35,495 nt of DNA from the IMG/VR virus record IMGVR_UViG_3300045988_157661; one strand, 5' to 3'. This DNA comes from a virus. A model generated the notes under the pieces. The model had not been told where the DNA came from. It worked only from the letters and a program-made list of their open reading frames with translations, and made no database searches. The translations under genes were made by a program, and so were the position numbers. Shown piece after piece: positions 31,704 through 35,495 of the stretch. Every line of letters begins with the position of its first letter. The first letter of the stretch is position 1.

Positions 31704-33800
31704 TTATCCACCTGCTTTTGCAGCCGGAGCGATCAATGCCGTACCGATACCGTCTTCACGGGCAGCACCGCAACCTGTACGGAAGTCCATAGAGAACATC
31801 CAGCCGTAACGAGTCGGGTCTTGTACCATGTGTACATGGGTGTTACCGATACCGATAATTACCTGTGACGGGAAGAATCCTACGCCCACACCGTAAGCAG
31901 TAGTTGCGATAGTCGGAGGAGTAGGAGACGAAGGTATATTACCGGAAGAATCCAACGGTGTTCCGTAAAGTTTCGGGTCTACGATAGCATTGGTTGCCGT
32001 GTTATACAGAGACACGATAGAACGGGCATGGATTTCAAAGTTGTATGCGGTAGTACCCATCGGACGTATGCTTTCAGTAGGTCTGTTAAGCAAGTTCACG
32101 AATGAAGTATCGGAAATCAACTGATTGTAATATACCGAATCCATTACGAGTTCAGGATATTCATAATCGAAGTTGAAGTTTTGGTTACGGAACAAAGTAC
32201 TTAGGTTAAGAATATCCTGAACCGTCATCTTGGCGATATCACCTGCTGCGGTAGTCGTTGCGGGGAACATTCCTGCCGAATCGAAATATTCAGTACCCGA
32301 CATCACTACTTTGTGTTCTGCGGCTGCTGTTGTGATAGTTTGAAGGTAGTAGTTATGAGCTGCGTTGCTGATAACCCGTAAGGCTTCTGCCATACCCCAG
32401 CTACGTTTGTCATAATTCAACATATCATCATTGGCCTGTTGGAACAGAGTAGGCTGTAAAGAGAACACCCGGGTAGGAATGGCGATAGCTGCATCGTCAT
32501 AAGAATACGGGGTAGCTTGATTTACGGGCACGTTGTTTCCGTAATAAACAGCCGGGTTGTATTTACTCTGTACATGGATAGTACCTGCCTGCGTTGAAGA
32601 AATCCGAGGGATTCTGTCAGCGAAAGAGTTTACCGGGAACAAAAGGCGGAAGAACAGACCGATCCAATTGACAACAGCCAAATCGGGGTCTCCTAAGAAA
32701 GGATATGTTTTACCACCTGCTTGCAGCATTTCCTGATCATTGACAATAGCTGAAAGCATTTCGCCGAAACTCATTTCTCCACGTTTAGGGTTTGAAATTC
32801 TCACCTTGCCCAAAGTAGCCATGAGCTTTTCATCATTGAGCATTACGGATGAAATTTCCTTCAGGTCATCTTGTGCAGAAAGGAGCTCTGACTGTGTGGC
32901 TTTTGCCGATAGCCGAGCCATTCTGATCACTTTCGAAGCTTTCGATTTGTCCGAAAGATAATCGTTCAAAGAAGCGTACTCACTCATAATTTGTCTTGAT
33001 TTTTTTAAAGATAATGTTTTTTCTTCAGGATTTACACTCAATTTTTCCTGTTCAGGTTCTTTTTCAGTTTCGGCAGAAAGACTTTCTTCGGTTTTCTCTA
33101 CCGGTTCTTCTTCCTTCTGCTCTTGTGCGCCCAATTCTTCTTCCTTTTGGGTTTCCTGTTCTTCTTTCTTTCCGATAAGGGATGAAAGCTTATCCTCTAT
33201 ACGGGAAAGAATGCCGCTTAACCCGGAAGAAAGATTCTCTTTTTCTACGGCATTTTCAGGAGTATTTTCCTGACCCTGCTCTGTCGATAGTTTTTCTTTT
33301 TCTTCCATATCCAAATAGTTATTGATTTCTGCGTCGAAGTCGGCACTAAGTTGTTCTACCTGTTGGGATTCGGTAATGCAGAACTCAACGGGCAGACACC
33401 CTAACTTGGCGTTTTTCTCTCTTATGGCTACGGCATCCTCATTAGACGGAATTGCTACCAAAGAAATCTCGTACACTTCAAATTTGGTAGTGAATTTTTT
33501 CCCTTTACGTTCTGCAAATTCTACCTTTCCGGCTATTGAGACAGCATTATAAGAGCCTTCTTCATACATCTGTTTATATTTCTGTCCCTCTTTTGTAGAA
33601 GCGAATACGAGAATGCCCTCCCATCTCTTTTTCTGCGTATTCAGCTTTATATCCTTAACACTCCCGATAGGATTATCCCATTGGAAATGCTGCAACATAA
33701 GTACGGGATTCTTGCGGTATCTGCCCCAATCGAGGCTGTTGTTCATTACCACATACCCCCTGTCGTTTACGGATTCGTTAGATAATACTTGTACAATCAT
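31704..33800 (-). CDS. Prohead protease (HK97 gp4/S78-like) - scaffold-like linker - major capsid protein (HK97 fold) fusion
   Basis: 698 aa. N-terminal protease motifs: NPVLMLQHFQWDNPIGSV, YNAVSIAGKV, YEISLVAIPSNEDAV. Residues about 150-290 are E/K/Q-rich. The C-terminal ~400 aa are capsid-like (IAIPTRVFSLQPTLFQQANDDMLNYD...ALRVISNAAHNYYL...). Confidence 0.7.
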   Translation of the reverse strand: MIVQVLSNESVNDRGYVVMNNSLDWGRYRKNPVLMLQHFQWDNPIGSVKDIKLNTQKKRWEGILVFASTKEGQKYKQMYEEGSYNAVSIAGKVEFAERKGKKFTTKFEVYEISLVAIPSNEDAVAIREKNAKLGCLPVEFCITESQQVEQLSADFDAEINNYLDMEEKEKLSTEQGQENTPENAVEKENLSSGLSGILSRIEDKLSSLIGKKEEQETQKEEELGAQEQKEEEPVEKTEESLSAETEKEPEQEKLSVNPEEKTLSLKKSRQIMSEYASLNDYLSDKSKASKVIRMARLSAKATQSELLSAQDDLKEISSVMLNDEKLMATLGKVRISNPKRGEMSFGEMLSAIVNDQEMLQAGGKTYPFLGDPDLAVVNWIGLFFRLLFPVNSFADRIPRISSTQAGTIHVQSKYNPAVYYGNNVPVNQATPYSYDDAAIAIPTRVFSLQPTLFQQANDDMLNYDKRSWGMAEALRVISNAAHNYYLQTITTAAAEHKVVMSGTEYFDSAGMFPATTTAAGDIAKMTVQDILNLSTLFRNQNFNFDYEYPELVMDSVYYNQLISDTSFVNLLNRPTESIRPMGTTAYNFEIHARSIVSLYNTATNAIVDPKLYGTPLDSSGNIPSSPTPPTIATTAYGVGVGFFPSQVIIGIGNTHVHMVQDPTRYGWMFSMDFRTGCGAAREDGIGTALIAPAAKAGG

Positions 33801-33803
33801 ACT

Positions 33804-34025
33804 TTATAAATTTTGCCATTCGTCCAATTTAAGCAACTCTTCAAGAGCATCCCCATAATACAAAGGATAATTATCGCTATCCTCATACAAAGCAACGGGC
33901 ACTAAACGCTCATATTCTTCCTTATGGATAAGAGTCTTACTCCCGTCAGAGTTTCTCCTCCTGTACATAAGATCCTTATCGAAAGGGACTAATTCTATTG
34001 TAGGTACTACATACATAGCTATCAT
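33804..34025 (-). CDS. Hypothetical small structural-module protein
   Basis: 73-aa ORF coupled to both neighbours (4-nt overlap upstream). Confidence 0.5.
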   Translation of the reverse strand: MIAMYVVPTIELVPFDKDLMYRRRNSDGSKTLIHKEEYERLVPVALYEDSDNYPLYYGDALEELLKLDEWQNL

Positions 34026-35495
34026 AATGTCATTCCGTTATATTGCAAACTCACTTTATGGTTGTGTTCTATTTCTTCATTCGTCAACTTTCTATTATAT
34101 GCAAGGAAATCATGGATTTTAATCTTACAACCATATCTTGTCGGATTACCATAAAAATTCCCTGCTCCGAGACATAGATTATACACAAATTCGGGATTAT
34201 TCACAAGACCTGCATTATTCCCTATATATATATTCAAAATGCCTTTTTCTAACGAGAAATCTTTTGTGTATAATTCACCTCCTAAATTAGACGAATTAAA
34301 ATATCCATAATCATTTGTGCCTGTAATTTTGCCGTTACTGATATTACCGAAATACGATCGATCATTCCCGATCATCGATGTCATGCTATAATAAGGAGAT
34401 TGTTTTGTATTTACAATATCTTCACAAACAAGAAGTACGGATTTTGCAGTGACGTCTGTCCATGCGACATTACTATAATCATCTACCCCGTCATATTGGA
34501 TATAACCGTCTCCGTATCCCGATTCCGGTGTATATGAGAAGTTTTTGTTTTCAAGGTCGTTCCCGTTGCCGGACAGATCCGGAAGAATGTTTTTATTCTC
34601 ATCCGTGTTGCTTCTTCCCCTGCCGGTATAATAGGCAACAAGCCCGTCTTTGATATAATCGAATATTTCCGTTACCTCGCATTCGGTTACGATTCTCGGA
34701 TTTACATCATCTTTGACAGTGCTTATCCATGTCCGGTTATCGTAAGTAGGGACATTCTCCAAATTTATCTCTGTTTGTGATTCATTTTCAAGGACATAGA
34801 TAAATATGGTAGACTCATCCTCTATCATTGCCTTAAGATCGGATTCGGTCGGATAGTCGTTTACATCATACACAAGATAGAATCCGTATCTAAGAGAATT
34901 CGTATATACCCCATATACATTATTCCACTTATTGGATGTGGAATCTCCTGTATAATAGAATTTATTGCTGTAAAATACGGTTGCCGAAGGACTTACAGAA
35001 CCTTGTTTTACAGATCCGTTTACCCTTACGAATCTCAAATCCCCGTTCTTTTCCTGTGCAGAGAATGAATTTACCGTGAATCCCCTGCTCATCCCTATTC
35101 TTTTGTGCAGCGTCCATTTTGCGGCAGTTTTATCATAGGCTACTTCATCCATTGTGCCGTATACCGATCTTAATATGCCGTCTGAGGATGCGTCGGTAAG
35201 GGATTTCCTGATATCTATTGAAGAGGAGACGCCATTTTCGGGATCTCCGGTTAGAAGTGTTATAGTGTTGTCACCCACTGACTGTATTTCTATGGGAGAG
35301 AGAGGTGTAGCCTCTCCGTTCTGACAGCTTTTCCCATGAATGGATAATGATTTTATCTTATCCGACCCTTGTACGGTATTCCATACCGGGAATTTCTCTC
35401 CGGATGCGGTAACGGTTACGAGTCCCGGGTCAGGACTTTCCCCATGAGCCCCTTGCAGGGTTATGAAAAATTCCTGCAAGGGTACTGTGGGGAAC
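34022..35495 (-). CDS. C-terminal part of the junction-spanning fibre-like protein; LamG (Laminin_G_3)-like C-terminal domain
   Basis: The track ORF 34022..35479 starts at an internal TTG, and the frame stays open to the window end and on into 562..1. It contains SLSIHGKSCQNGEATPLSPIEIQSVGDN (a fibre-type motif). It also contains LPDLSGNGNDLENKNF...YIQYDGVDDYSNV...KIHDFLAYNRKLTNEEI (the LamG_3 pattern). Confidence 0.7.
   Translation of the reverse strand, partial: FPTVPLQEFFITLQGAHGESPDPGLVTVTASGEKFPVWNTVQGSDKIKSLSIHGKSCQNGEATPLSPIEIQSVGDNTITLLTGDPENGVSSSIDIRKSLTDASSDGILRSVYGTMDEVAYDKTAAKWTLHKRIGMSRGFTVNSFSAQEKNGDLRFVRVNGSVKQGSVSPSATVFYSNKFYYTGDSTSNKWNNVYGVYTNSLRYGFYLVYDVNDYPTESDLKAMIEDESTIFIYVLENESQTEINLENVPTYDNRTWISTVKDDVNPRIVTECEVTEIFDYIKDGLVAYYTGRGRSNTDENKNILPDLSGNGNDLENKNFSYTPESGYGDGYIQYDGVDDYSNVAWTDVTAKSVLLVCEDIVNTKQSPYYSMTSMIGNDRSYFGNISNGKITGTNDYGYFNSSNLGGELYTKDFSLEKGILNIYIGNNAGLVNNPEFVYNLCLGAGNFYGNPTRYGCKIKIHDFLAYNRKLTNEEIEHNHKVSLQYNGMTL
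35419..35495. repeat. Terminal direct repeat, copy 2 (identical to 1-77)
   Basis: Same 77-nt string as the window start, compared by eye base for base. Confidence 0.95.

Noticed and set aside
34022-35495. Diversity-generating retroelement targeting the LamG / fibre C-terminus
   Set aside because: No reverse transcriptase-like ORF exists anywhere in the genome, and I found no template/variable repeat pair.

Overview
The window is a complete, closed genome of a tailed dsDNA phage. Its two ends are an identical 77-bp overlap, so the unique length is 35,418 bp. The genome is AT-rich and most genes lack a Shine-Dalgarno signal. Two exact TTTG-N19-TAnnTTTG promoters are present, which suggests a Bacteroidota host (inference). 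Two divergent arms leave a non-coding control region of about 0.7 kb (4600-5332).

The minus-strand late arm encodes a small-terminase candidate, the large terminase, a DUF1320-like connector, the portal and a Mu-G-like morphogenesis protein. It continues with a 652-aa LamG fibre-like gene that spans the contig junction and was therefore missed by the ORF track. Next come a prohead protease / scaffold / major capsid fusion, sheath, tube, a chaperone pair with a T7 -1 slippery site, tape measure, hub/spike/baseplate genes and a beta-helix tail fibre. The arm ends with holin, M15 endolysin, an OMP-like lysis accessory protein and RusA.

The plus-strand early arm encodes ArdA antirestriction, RecT plus a YqaJ-type exonuclease, and a 441-aa protein built on about 33 tandem 12-bp repeats. 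It also encodes a replication-organiser-like protein, a C5 DNA methyltransferase, an ASCH-like protein, a protein with an SSB-type acidic tip, a Dps-like protein and many small ORFans.

I recognised no integrase, repressor, replicase, tRNA, CRISPR array or reverse transcriptase.

The most unusual observation is in the C5-methyltransferase gene. It contains a fully nested 241-codon same-strand ORF. That ORF reads as methyltransferase TRD / motif-IX-like sequence exactly where the main frame is low-complexity. All family assignments come from motif reading and memory, not from searches.
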